DNA of 62,900 nt, counting the filler, from Albugo candida (lineage: Eukaryota), in NCBI GenBank assembly GCA_040437565.1. It is 49 parts of 49 records of this genome, joined end to end, with 100 filler letters (N's around TTAATTAATTAA, not from the genome) between each part and the next. Parts side by side here need not be neighbours in the genome. Positions count along the whole stretch, not along the records: positions 1 to 1,225 come from JBDOQK010000602.1; positions 1,326 to 2,549 come from JBDOQK010000603.1; positions 2,650 to 3,873 come from JBDOQK010000604.1; positions 3,974 to 5,194 come from JBDOQK010000605.1; positions 5,295 to 6,515 come from JBDOQK010000606.1; positions 6,616 to 7,831 come from JBDOQK010000607.1; positions 7,932 to 9,147 come from JBDOQK010000608.1; positions 9,248 to 10,463 come from JBDOQK010000609.1; 41 more parts are not named here. The stretch is one strand, 5' to 3'. The notes under the pieces are model-generated. The model made no database searches. It was not told where the DNA came from and saw nothing but the letters and a program-made list of their open reading frames with translations. A program made the position numbers and the translations under genes. Shown here piece by piece: positions 1 through 10,564 of this stretch (positions are counted from its first letter, which is position 1; every line of letters starts with the position of its first letter).

Positions 1-1225
1 AAAATCGCGCATCATTTCCACAGTTGTCAGTCGCAGAGTGTCAGGATGCGCCAGATGACCAATATCGTGAGGAACGGTTTGGACCGTATCTTGTGATGAA
101 CATAAAACCACTTCGTCGATTTCATTGAGCTTGACTGATTCATGGATGATTCCGGTCACCTCCAGCTCTGTGACTTTCACTTCCTCCACATCAGGTCGAA
201 TATCCTCTTCAATCTCCTTCGTTGTTTTATTTGACTACTTGGTCTTCTTTTTCTTCTTCTTAGACACTACTGTCTCTTCCATAGTCGAGGTAGGCATCAT
301 TGAATATCGCTGTCACTGTCGGTATAATCGCACATCATTTCCATAGTTGTCAGTCGCAGAGTGTCAGGCTGCTCCAGATGACCAATATCTCGAGGAACGG
401 TTTGGACCGTATCTTGTGATGAAGATACAACCACTTCGTTGATTTCATCAGGCTTGGCTGATTCATGGATGATTCCGGTCACCTCCACCTCTGTGACTTC
501 ACTTCCTCCACATCAGGTCGAATATCCTCTTCTACTGTCTCTTCCATAGTCGAGGAAGGCCTCTTCTGAATATCGATTTATCTGTCGGTATAATCGCGCA
601 TCATTTCCATAGTTGTCAGTCGCAGAGTGTCAGGCTGCTCCAGATGACCAATATCTCGAGGAACGGTTTGGACCGTATCTTGTGATGAACATAAAACCAC
701 TTCGTCCATTTCATCAGGCTTGACTGATTCATGGATGATCTCGGTCACCTCCAACTCTGTGACTTTCACTTCCTCCACATCAGGTCGAATGTCCCCATCA
801 ATCTTCTTCGTTGTTATCTTTGACTTCTTGTTCTCCTTTTTCTTCTTCTTAGACACTACTTTCTCTTCCATAGTCGAGGTAGGCATCTTTGAATATCGCT
901 GTCACTGTCGCTATTATCGCGCTTTGTTTCCACAATTGTCTGTCGAAGAGTGTCGAGTTGTGCCAGATGACCAATATCTTGAGGAACGGTTTGGACCGTA
1001 TCTTGTAATGCAAATACAACCACTTTGTCGATTTCATTGAGCTTGACTGATTCATGGATGATTTCGGTCATCTCCACCTCTGTGACTTTCACTTCCTCCA
1101 CATCAGGTCGAATGTCCTCTTCAATCTCCTTCGTTGTTTTATTTGACTCCTTGGTCTTCTTCTTAGACACTACTGTCGCTTCCATAGTCGAGGGAGGCCT
1201 CTTTTGGATATCGCTGTCACTGTCG
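1..1225 (-). repeat. Degenerate tandem repeat (~4 units, spacing 323/266/323 bp) of a ~100-codon Glu/Val/Thr/Lys-rich coding unit, frameshifted
   Basis: The anchor GAGGAACGGTTTGGACCGTATCTTGT occurs at 69, 392, 658 and 981. Minus-strand peptides repeat (EEDIRPDVEEVKVTE...QDTVQTVPRDIGHL). Unit lengths are not multiples of 3. Confidence 0.85.
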
Positions 1226-1325
1226 NNNNNNNNNNNNNNNNNNNNNNNNNNNNNNNNNNNNNNNNNNNNTTAATTAATTAANNNNNNNNNNNNNNNNNNN
1301 NNNNNNNNNNNNNNNNNNNNNNNNN
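1226..1325. other. Artificial contig spacer (first of 48): 44 N + TTAATTAATTAA + 44 N
   Basis: The same 100-bp linker recurs every ~1.25-1.32 kb. TTAATTAATTAA gives stops in all six frames. Contig lengths decrease monotonically. Confidence 0.99.
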
Positions 1326-2549
1326 CAACGGTGATTTGGAGTCCAACCATGGGCACCACATTTACGACATGTACGATCTTGAGGACCAGAAGAATAGCTT
1401 GGTACATTACTAGGAGTAATAGTGGCAGTAGCAGCTTGACGTTGTTCTTCTTGTACAACCCGGCAATCTTCCGTGTTATGTGTAGTAACCCTATGGCGTT
1501 CGCAGAACTTGTTCGTGGCCTTTTTGATTCGGCGAGGAGCAATAACAGGAGAAGATGCAGATCCATCAGAAGAGACAGTACGCGTAACAACAGCATGCTT
1601 AGATTTATGTAACTCTGTATTAGCAAGTGGAGCAACGTTTTCAGCTTCAGTGTAAGAACGCTTAGGAGCACGTGGGGCAGGACCAAGACCATTAGTATCA
1701 ATAGAAGTGGAGTGATTGTTCTTCATATTCTCAAAAGAATTCATCATCTCTCTAGCAGAGGCCATGATATAGTCAACGTTATTCTTCTGGGCTTCTTCCA
1801 TGAATGTAGTAGCAGATAAAATATTGTTTTGAATATTTGCAGGGAGCGCTTGGCAATAAAATTCAATAAGCAAAGAATGAGGCAAGACTTGGTCACCAGC
1901 TTTTCTTCTCAGCATATTATATACCTGTCATTGAAAATTTCAATAGTTTCATTCTTCAACATCCTGACAACAGACAAGGCGGAGGCAGCATTTCTTCTTT
2001 CTTGGTGTACATTCAGACCATACTGAGCCTTTAAAGCAAGAGAAAGTTCACCAAAGTTAGGTTCACGCTGATAGGAAGTACGGTGTGTAGCAAGATAGGA
2101 CCTAAACCAATGCTTTACAGAAAATGACAACAGAGGAGACAATAAACGAAAGAAGTCTATATCAACGTTCATACCATAGCAAGTGAGGATATCAGTAAAA
2201 CCTTGTAAGCACTCGTCGATATCAATAGAAACAGGATCATTACGATTGTGTACTTGTCCTTCCCATTGGAATGTTTGTAATTTACGAGGTACAATTACAG
2301 TAGAAGTACGAATGGCAACAGTAACAGCAGAAGAGACAACCTGATTGGAATCTTGCACCCGTTTGAGTGTTCTTCTAATAGAAGCCAAGTCAAGAGTCTT
2401 GTTCTCCAAAATGGATCTAGTCTTAGTTTAAGTCAGTACCGTTAGGAGCAGTAGCAATGTATAGGGCTCTTTCCGAAGTTTCAGTGACTAACTTCTTGAC
2501 ACACCACTCAAGTTGTTCAACTGTATTAGCTTTTCTCGGAGTACCATGA
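1326..2549 (-). pseudogene. Ty3/gypsy-type gag fragment with zinc-knuckle-like motifs, disrupted (Mucorales-like)
   Basis: ORFs 1909-2409 and 1326-1915 join by a frameshift at an AT run near 1915-1922. Capsid-like segment ETIEIFNDRY-MLRRKAG, then CERHRVTTHNTEDC and CRKCGAHGWTPNH. In-frame stop upstream. Confidence 0.7.
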
Positions 2550-2649
2550 NNNNNNNNNNNNNNNNNNNNNNNNNNNNNNNNNNNNNNNNNNNNTTAATTA
2601 ATTAANNNNNNNNNNNNNNNNNNNNNNNNNNNNNNNNNNNNNNNNNNNN

Positions 2650-3323
2650 AAAAAGAAATCATCCAGATTAAATAAAAGAAAAGCCCCCATCCAATCAAGC
2701 GACTCCTCCCAAGATAATAATCCAAAGAAACAAAAAAGAAATCATCCAGATTAAATAAAAGAAAAGCCCCCATCCAATCAAGCGACTCCTCCCAAGATAA
2801 TAATCCAAAGAAACAAAAAAGAAATCATCCAGATTAAATAAAAGAAAAGCCCCCATCCAATCAAGCGACTCCTCCCAAGATAATAATCCAAAGAAACAAA
2901 AAAGAAATCATCCAGATTAAATAAAAGAAAAGCCCCCATCCAATCAAGCGACTCCTCCCAAGATAATAATCCAAAGAAACAAAAAAGAAATCATCCAGAT
3001 TAAATAAAAGAAAAGCCCCCATCCAATCAAGCGACTCCTCCCAAGATAATAATCCAAAGAAACAAAAAAGAAATCATCCAGATTAAATAAAAGAAAAGCC
3101 CCCATCCAATCAAGCGACTCCTCCCAAGATAATAATCCAAAGAAACAAAAAAGAAATCATCCAGATTAAATAAAAGAAAAGCCCCCATCCAATCAAGCGA
3201 CTCCTCCCAAGATAATAATCCAAAGAAACAAAAAAGAAATCATCCAGATTAAATAAAAGAAAAGCCCCCATCCAATCAAGCGACTCCTCCCAAGATAATA
3301 ATCCAAAGAAACAAAAAAGAAAT
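2650..3323. repeat. Near-perfect 83-bp tandem repeat, ~8 copies, running off the contig start
   Basis: GAAATCATCCAGATT recurs at 2655, 2738, 2821, 2904, 2987, 3070, 3153 and 3236. Confidence 0.97.
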
Positions 3324-3413
3324 TAATGATTAAATCAGTGATATTGTTTATATAAAAGCTAAAAAAAAAATAAAAAATAAAAAATAAACTATAATAGTTT
3401 ATGTTGCACATAA

Positions 3414-3631
3414 TGTGATAATTCCTAGGAGATATTCTATTAATGACAGATCATTATACTCCCTTCCTATTTACATACAAACTACAGTCTATTTTAATAT
3501 CTTATAATTCAAAATACTATATATACCCAAGCCTAATATAATCTTTAAAGAACTAAGGGATTTTACTTTAATAAAATATATACAGAGTCCTAATAGTATT
3601 TACCTGACTATTTTATTATTGCTTGATCACA
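3414..3631. mobile_element. Possible solo LTR (218 bp)
   Basis: Termini TGTGAT...ATCACA, with internal TATATA and AATAAA. The flanks (ATAA/ACAA) are only an imperfect target-site duplication. Confidence 0.35.
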
Positions 3632-3974
3632 ACAAAGACATACAAGATGAAGAGAGAGATGATCTCACTTCCAAAGAAGTATATTCTCGGTGATGCTACT
3701 GTTTGTATCGAACAAGACGATGCAAGCGATTTTGTTGACCAAGGAAACCAGGCCACTTTACTTAAAGACTAAAGCTTGGAAGTTTGCTCCATTTGGAGTC
3801 AGCTCTTCTCTTTCTTCATTCAATAGTAGCATGCATCGATCTCCAGATTCATCTCCAGCTTTATCTCCATTGANNNNNNNNNNNNNNNNNNNNNNNNNNN
3901 NNNNNNNNNNNNNNNNNTTAATTAATTAANNNNNNNNNNNNNNNNNNNNNNNNNNNNNNNNNNNNNNNNNNNNC

Positions 3975-4007
3975 AAGCAACTTGCTGGTGACAAGTCCAA
4001 GTTGTAA
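3975..4007 (+). CDS. Last 10 codons of a probable peroxisomal protein (KQLAGDKSKL*, PTS1)
   Basis: Ends in the canonical SKL then TAA, with fungal high-expression codons, followed by a T-rich 3' UTR. Confidence 0.5.
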   Translation, partial: KQLAGDKSKL

Positions 4008-5294
4008 TTTTTTTTTTTCTTCACCACTATATTCTGTTGTTAAATATTCTATTTCAATTTATTACATATATCCGTTCAAAGATTGAAATAAAACTAAAAT
4101 TCTTAAAAATAATCAAAACTTTTTATTATTGGATATTACTATGAGCCATGATCCCCAGGATATTAAGGGGTTGCGTAATTTTTTATTGTAGTTGAAATTA
4201 ATAATACTACTTTGGAGATGTATACATCACCGCTGGACAAACTACTACTGTATAGGTTACAAAATTCGGATAAATGTGTGGCAATAGGTTTTAAAAGTAG
4301 CCTGAAAATATATAAAGTCTTTATAACAATGTATTTATTCAATTCTACATGGCTACTACGATTGTGATATCTTTTTTTGTGGTAGCTGATAATGAAATTA
4401 TCGTTAAAGGTAATGGTTGTAGTACAATAGATTCTGCAGTAAAACGTGCCGAGTTACGTTGACTGTTTTTGTTGGTGTACCTTTTACTATTAATAGTGGC
4501 ATTATCAAAAGCATACGCAGTCTCTTTTGAACCAAGTGCGCTTAATAGTCTCATCATCCCCATCATCCTTACACGAACACGTAACTATACTACAGCAGTC
4601 TTGATTCAAAGTGATTATGTAAGACTCAAACTATTACAAATTAAGATTAAAAATATGTTAAACCATTAGCTCTTCTCCGCAAAAATATTATTTTAATGAT
4701 ACTCTAGGCATTATTGACTGCGAAAGGCTAATAGCAACATTCACATTTTTTGTACATCATTCTACAAATCGTTGGGGGTCACAGTAAATTATTTCAAATA
4801 AAGCAATATACGTACTCTTTTTTTTTTTATTCAAATTCTGGAAAAGATTAAGGTTAAATTCTACCGCGGGGAATCAGCCGTAAAGAAGAGAAAAACTGAT
4901 GATAAAAAGTCATGTATTCACTGTGTGTTTGATTCCCAAAGAGAAGCACAGCACAAAAAAAGGCTAAATTACTCCGCGGGTAAATTAATTTTATAAATGG
5001 ATCACTGAATGACAGCGAGCAATAGTCTTACGGTGCATAAAGAGCACTGTTACACACACTGTACATCCCGCAATAAATGTATATAAATAACTTCTCAAAA
5101 TTTGTTTTCAAACTTCCTTTTCCATTATAAATAAATCAAATAAAAATAATAATTACTAGTATGATCTTTAACGACGACCCAATGTTTGAAGAAANNNNNN
5201 NNNNNNNNNNNNNNNNNNNNNNNNNNNNNNNNNNNNNNTTAATTAATTAANNNNNNNNNNNNNNNNNNNNNNNNNNNNNNNNNNNNNNNNNNNN

Positions 5295-6197
5295 GTCAGC
5301 GTGTGGCTGGCGGTGGGCATGGTCATCCGGGGTGGATTTAGCGTCGGCATGGTTTTCGCCTTCCTGGCGTACAAGACTCAGTTTCTGACGGCAGCTGCTT
5401 CGCTTCTTACAAAGGCGTCCGACTTCAAAATGCTGGGCCTTCATCTGGACCGGCTTTCGGATATTGCGCTTGCTACCGAAGATATGACGTTTGGTTCCGA
5501 TCGTGACGCAGGCTTGAAGCTAAAAGGCCGAATAGAAATTGAGGATATTTTTTATAAATATAGTGATGACGATCCCTACGTCCTCAAGGGAGTTAGTTTT
5601 ACCATTGAGGCTGGCGAGTCCGTGGCGATAACTGGCCCATCGGGGGGCGGAAAATCGACCTTGGTTCAGATTCTTCTCGGACTAACCAAGCCGACAAGCG
5701 GCAACATCGTTATCGACGGACTGGCATTGCAGGATTTCGGCTATCGATCCTATCATGCGCAGGTGGCGGCCGTACTCCAGGATGACACACTATTTGCGGG
5801 ATCGATGAGCGAAAATATATCGTTGTTTGACGATAATCCGGATGCCTCGTTCATTCGTGAGTGTGCGCAGATCGCTGCAATTCACGACGATATCGAGGCC
5901 ATGCCTATGGGATATGAGACACTTGTTGGGGAAATGGGTGCGTCACTATCGGGCGGCCAGAGCCAGCGCGTGTTGCTGGCTCGTGCGCTATACCGCAAAC
6001 CTCGTGTTTTAATTATGGATGAGGGCACATCCAGTTTAGATCAAACGCGGGAGCGCCAGATCAACCAAGCGGTTGCGGCAATGGGTATCACTCGAGTCAT
6101 TATCGCTCACCGAAAGGAAACGATTGAGAGCGCCGATAGGTTATTGTACCTTGATAGAGGTGTCGTATCAAGCCAATTGTCCGCTTCGCCAAAATAA
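5295..6197 (+). CDS. Bacterial peptidase-domain-type ABC exporter (CvaB/RaxB-like), C-terminal TM + ATPase, 5'-truncated
   Basis: Walker A GPSGGGKST, Q-loop VLQDD, signature LSGGQSQR, Walker B LIMDEGTSSLD, H-loop IAHR. TM end FSVGMVFAFLAYKTQF...LHLDRLSDI is typical of the colicin V exporter subfamily. No introns, higher GC. Confidence 0.9.
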   Translation, partial: VSVWLAVGMVIRGGFSVGMVFAFLAYKTQFLTAAASLLTKASDFKMLGLHLDRLSDIALATEDMTFGSDRDAGLKLKGRIEIEDIFYKYSDDDPYVLKGVSFTIEAGESVAITGPSGGGKSTLVQILLGLTKPTSGNIVIDGLALQDFGYRSYHAQVAAVLQDDTLFAGSMSENISLFDDNPDASFIRECAQIAAIHDDIEAMPMGYETLVGEMGASLSGGQSQRVLLARALYRKPRVLIMDEGTSSLDQTRERQINQAVAAMGITRVIIAHRKETIESADRLLYLDRGVVSSQLSASPK

Positions 6198-6309
6198 CCG
6201 CTAACTGTCAACAACCCTCGCGCTAGAAAGCCATGATGATCTGTATTTTTCAAATATGTCTATTGTACCTAATTACTGGCACGCGCTTGATACACGACAT
6301 AAAACAAAT

Positions 6310-6515
6310 TTATTTAACATACTTTCGTAGTAACATTTCCAGCCTAATCGTAAAAAACATTTTTCCCACCAACTTGATTGGTACGCCTAATTCAGTTTTC
6401 AAATGAGCTTTTGAAAGCAACCTGGAAATATCGATAATTCCATAATCACCAAGTATTGATGTATCAAGAAACTGATCGAAATCGCATTCGATTGCTTCGA
6501 GCCTTAGCACGTTTG
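6310..6515 (-). CDS. C-terminus of a low-GC bacterial protein, resembling the end of asparagine-synthetase/lasso-cyclase-like proteins
   Basis: FLDTSILGDYGIIDISRL...IRLEMLLRKY resembles the L..S.L...G.ID...L...LE.WLR tail of AsnB-like folds. Convergent with the exporter. Confidence 0.4.
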
Positions 6516-6615
6516 NNNNNNNNNNNNNNNNNNNNNNNNNNNNNNNNNNNNNNNNNNNNTTAATTAATTAANNNNNNNNNNNNNNNNNNNNNNNNNNNNN
6601 NNNNNNNNNNNNNNN

Positions 6616-7335
6616 GTTTGTGCTGTATGGATAGTAGAAGCCCTTAAAACCACGATCGGAAACTATTTGCAAGAGTAGACGGCACCTTCAACATGATCTT
6701 GTACACGTTGGATGCATCGCTCTTGACCGTTACCGAGGTGTTCAAGATGAATGATATCACAGTCAGCAATCATCTTTGCCAAGACGCCGTTTATCCAACC
6801 ATGTTGGACATCCAAATTATGAGTAATAATTAATGTTATATCTCTCTTGATCTTTAATCTATAGATTAATCGAGTTTCCCTATCTAAGGCATGATAAGCA
6901 ATTCTGTCATGACTAGGATAATCTTGAGCAAAAAATACAATCTCCTGTTCATTAGTCAATTTTTCCAACGCTTTATTATTTTCCTGTTGAGCAAGACCGC
7001 GAGTGACATAAAGACGAACAGAGTTAATAAGTATTCTTCTCTTTGGAATGATACGATCAGTTATGAATTCAACCTCTTGTTCTTCGCAATTTGCCTTATG
7101 AATTATTTGAAAACTTACATTATTCATTTGATGATTTGACTTAAATAGCAGCAATTACCAAACTTCCAAATGAGAAATTCGCAAATATACCCTTCATGTG
7201 CTTGTTGAGCGACATCACCAAAGAAAAGAATTTCAATTCCTCTCAAATAATTGATCACGTTTTGTGCTTTGGGTCGTATTGATAAGTGTTTTGCAACGGA
7301 TAAAAAAACCAGCAAAAATAACGAATTCAACAGTT
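6616..7335 (-). pseudogene. Degenerate Pif1-family helicase fragment (paralog of 52998-54151)
   Basis: Near-collinear with the 53087 ORF (INSVRLYVTR, ALDRETRL, HLEHLGNGQERCIQRVQDHV, LFFGDVAQ) but with stops and frameshifts. Confidence 0.9.
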
Positions 7336-7374
7336 TTAAAATTTCTGCTTCTGTAGCTGTAATACTGGCTTTCC

Positions 7375-7831
7375 AACGCATACAATCTCTTTATACAACA
7401 ACTCTTACAACCCATACAACCACTGTATACAGCCCATAAAACCCATACAACCACTGTACACAACCTATGCAGCTCATACAACTACTGTATACTACCCATA
7501 CAACCACTGTAAACAGCCCATACAACCCATACAACCAATAAAACTACTGTATACAACCCATACAACCCACACAAGTACTGTATAAAACAAATAAAACCAC
7601 TGTACGCAACCCATGCAGCCTCTGTATACAGCCCATACGACACATACAACCACTATACACAGCCCATATAACCACTACATACAACCCATACAACCATTGT
7701 ACACAACCCATACAACCCATACAACCATTGTACACAACCCATGCAGCCCTTACAACTACTGTATACAACGCATACAACCACTGTAAACAACCCATACAAC
7801 CCATACAACCCATACAACTACTGTATACAAC
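7375..7831. repeat. Degenerate C/A-rich minisatellite built from ACAACCCAT and ACAACCACTGTAT(AC) modules
   Basis: Visible directly. It produces spurious MGCMGC ORFs on the minus strand. Confidence 0.9.
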
Positions 7832-7931
7832 NNNNNNNNNNNNNNNNNNNNNNNNNNNNNNNNNNNNNNNNNNNNTTAATTAATTAANNNNNNNNNNNNN
7901 NNNNNNNNNNNNNNNNNNNNNNNNNNNNNNN

Positions 7932-9147
7932 CGTATGGCATTGTAAATAATAATAATGGATTTGTACCTACAGTAGTTGGTGGCTGTTCTTTCAACTTGC
8001 CGTAAGTGATTGTATAGTAAAGCTGTCGATATACTAAAGCATTTTGCTACCTTTTAGTAATGATGCTATTGGCTCGGTATTGGGAACAACAGAAACCTAT
8101 AACTACAGAGATCCAAATGAAATGATGATACTAGATACAAAAACAAAATCATGGACAGAAAAAAGATCTCTAGTAGGTTTTAAAAAAGATTTTGTATCCG
8201 AAGGCACGACAGTCCAAATCTCTCGTCAAAAAGATGGCACACCCAATTTTGCTTATTTTTTTGGTGGATATATTCTTCAGCCACCACAATCGATTGTCAA
8301 TTTAGGCAATAGTCGAATTTTGAATCTACAAAATAATACTTGGTTAAATATTCGTGTGGAGCATAACGAAAGAGATAAAAATTATGTCATTCCCAGAGGG
8401 TATGCTAGTTCTTCACTGATTTCAAAAGATAATCTGAATTTATTGGTAGTTTTGTCTGGTAAAAGTCCTGACTCCATGACACTTGCTGTAGCAGATGTAG
8501 ATATAGCTCGATTACCAAAGTTTCAATCAGAAAATGCTTTTGAGGAAGCAGAAAATGATCAAGCTATGTTACAATGGGTTCCCTCTATTTCAAGCAGTGG
8601 TTCTTTTGATTATTTGAAAAAGGAGACGGACGGTACATCACAAGGAGAAATATTTTTTATTATCCTCTTTTCTGTATTTGCAGCTCTCTTTATTATCGTC
8701 TATCTTTTCATTTTTATAGCTAAAAGAAGAAGAAAAGTTGAAAGCAAAGAAAAAAAGAAATTGGTGAGTCACTTTGCCTTACCCGTATTTTTGTGGCATA
8801 GAAGGTACTGTATATATAATAATTTATGCTTACAAAGACAAAATTATCTAAACAGTAATTTAATATATAATAATAACAGAGCTGGCGAGTCATTTGCTAC
8901 TCAAGTATCTAGATGTATCTCTCTAATTTTATCATTTGCTTTATTTGTTGGATTCTTATATTATTTTGTTGCTGGCGTTATTCACAGCTCAGTATCCTCA
9001 ACAGAAGAGAACATACCCATTTCAGAGGTGAAATACCCAGGTATGTAACAGATTGAAAAATTAGTTGCATACAAGTTAACTTAATTTTGGGTGCAATAGA
9101 CATTCGTTTTTGTTATAATGGATGGCCATACGACTATGCCCCGGCGC
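7932..9147 (+). CDS. Fungal kelch/beta-propeller-like membrane protein, internal multi-exon fragment
   Basis: Kelch-like YFFGG, RGYASS and W-ended strands, then a TM helix followed by KRRRK and a second TM. GT..AG introns near 8002, 8805-8880 and 9041-9099. Confidence 0.65.
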
Positions 9148-9247
9148 NNNNNNNNNNNNNNNNNNNNNNNNNNNNNNNNNNNNNNNNNNNNTTAATTAAT
9201 TAANNNNNNNNNNNNNNNNNNNNNNNNNNNNNNNNNNNNNNNNNNNN

Positions 9248-9463
9248 GTTTGTCGCTCCTGAATCCAGGAGCGCTCGTAGGGGTCGCCGGATACCGGCGA
9301 CATGTAGATTAACAATAATCAGGCGTGAATCACCACTCGTAGTGGTGGCATTTGACCGTGCACGCAGCACAGATGGGCTGGGAGGTCGGGCTGCCACCGG
9401 TGGACCCGGACCTCCCTTCAAACCAGTAGGGCGCCCTGCACCTACTGGTCTCGTCCGTTTTTT
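9248..9463 (-). CDS. Start of pol (aspartic protease) in the -1 frame relative to gag
   Basis: The -1 frame is open from the slippery site to [10 protein letters not shown] at the contig end. Confidence 0.85.
9421..9463 (-). promoter_or_regulatory. Programmed -1 ribosomal frameshift signal
   Basis: A_AAA_AAC heptamer (9463-9457) in the gag frame, 6-nt spacer, then stem GACCAGTAGG/CCTACTGGTT that contains the gag stop codon. Confidence 0.82.
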
Positions 9464-10463
9464 GGACGACTGACCGGAGCACCTCCCTCATGATGGGTGT
9501 CCGACGCATGCACCGACATCGGTGCTGGCGCGCGGCATTCAGCCGCGCGATGTCCCGGCTTTCGGCATCGAAAGCAGATCATCTGACGTCCGCCTCGGAC
9601 GTCGCCCTTGTAGGCTGTAGCGCGTCGTCGGTCACCCGACGACTCAATTGCATCGATCTCCATAGGTTCCGGGCCCGCTGATCTGACAGCGGTAACAACT
9701 GAAGGCTTGGTATAGGCCTTGGTGACTCTGAAATCCTCACGGAGAGCGATAGCGAAAGCCTCCTCCAACGTGGCAGGCTCTGCTCGTTCCAGCGAGAGGC
9801 GAGTCTGCCCTTCACGCATGCCATCGACAAACACGTTCACTTGTGTATACATGTCCATGGGATGCGTGACAATACAAGACGCCAGATGTCGAGCCATCTG
9901 CACGTAGTCGCGCATGGACATCTTACCCTGTCGCAGGGACAGGAACCTTGAACGCACCAACTTCTCTTCCTGGGGCGGCTCGAAGGCGAGTCGAAGGTCA
10001 CTCTGGATGGCTTCCAGAGTGGGGAACGCAAACTCGTCAACAACGAGTTTTCCCAAGGCCCACTCCTTGGCTTTCCCAGTGAGACGGGAAAGAAGGAAAT
10101 TGACCTTCGCTTGAGGAGCCTCGAGAAGTCTCGAGGCGATAGCGATGTCGACCTCTCGAAACCGACGCGACAGCGACAAGCGATCTTTGCCTTCACCAGA
10201 GTAGGCGGAGGTCTCCATCTTCACGGCATCGTTCCGTGAAGTCCGCGAGGGAGTTAAACCTCGCCGATGGAATTCGGCGAGCTCGCGAGCCATGTAGTCG
10301 TGTATGGCGAGACGCTGTTCATCAGGAGTCGCTGATCTCATCAGCGACACAACAAATGCCTCTCCCGATATCGCCGCGAGGCGATTTAGGGCATCCCACT
10401 CAACACCAGTGAGATGGGGAAAAGTCGCGTGCTCCAGACTCACGTTTGGAGCGTCAAAGTACG
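9442..10463 (-). CDS. Oomycete-type Ty3/gypsy gag
   Basis: Retrotransposon gag core (LTGKAKEWA...[16 protein letters not shown]), PEPMEID motif and CCHC knuckle [14 protein letters not shown]. High GC. Confidence 0.92.
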
Positions 10464-10564
10464 NNNNNNNNNNNNNNNNNNNNNNNNNNNNNNNNNNNNN
10501 NNNNNNNTTAATTAATTAANNNNNNNNNNNNNNNNNNNNNNNNNNNNNNNNNNNNNNNNNNNNT

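Noticed and set aside
2650-3323. CRISPR or coding repeat (ORF 3193-3411)
   Set aside because: No variable spacers, and the 83-bp period with stops is not coding.
5295-6515. Horizontal transfer of bacterial genes into the fungus (also 58007-59157)
   Set aside because: Neither contig has a eukaryotic flank. Co-sequenced bacteria are the simpler explanation.
7375-7831. Telomeric repeat or Cys/Met-rich protein
   Set aside because: Units are heterogeneous and mixed. The ORFs are by-products of the repeat.
9420-9444. Stop-codon readthrough of gag
   Set aside because: Frame 0 meets TGA at 9420-9418. The protease is in the -1 frame.
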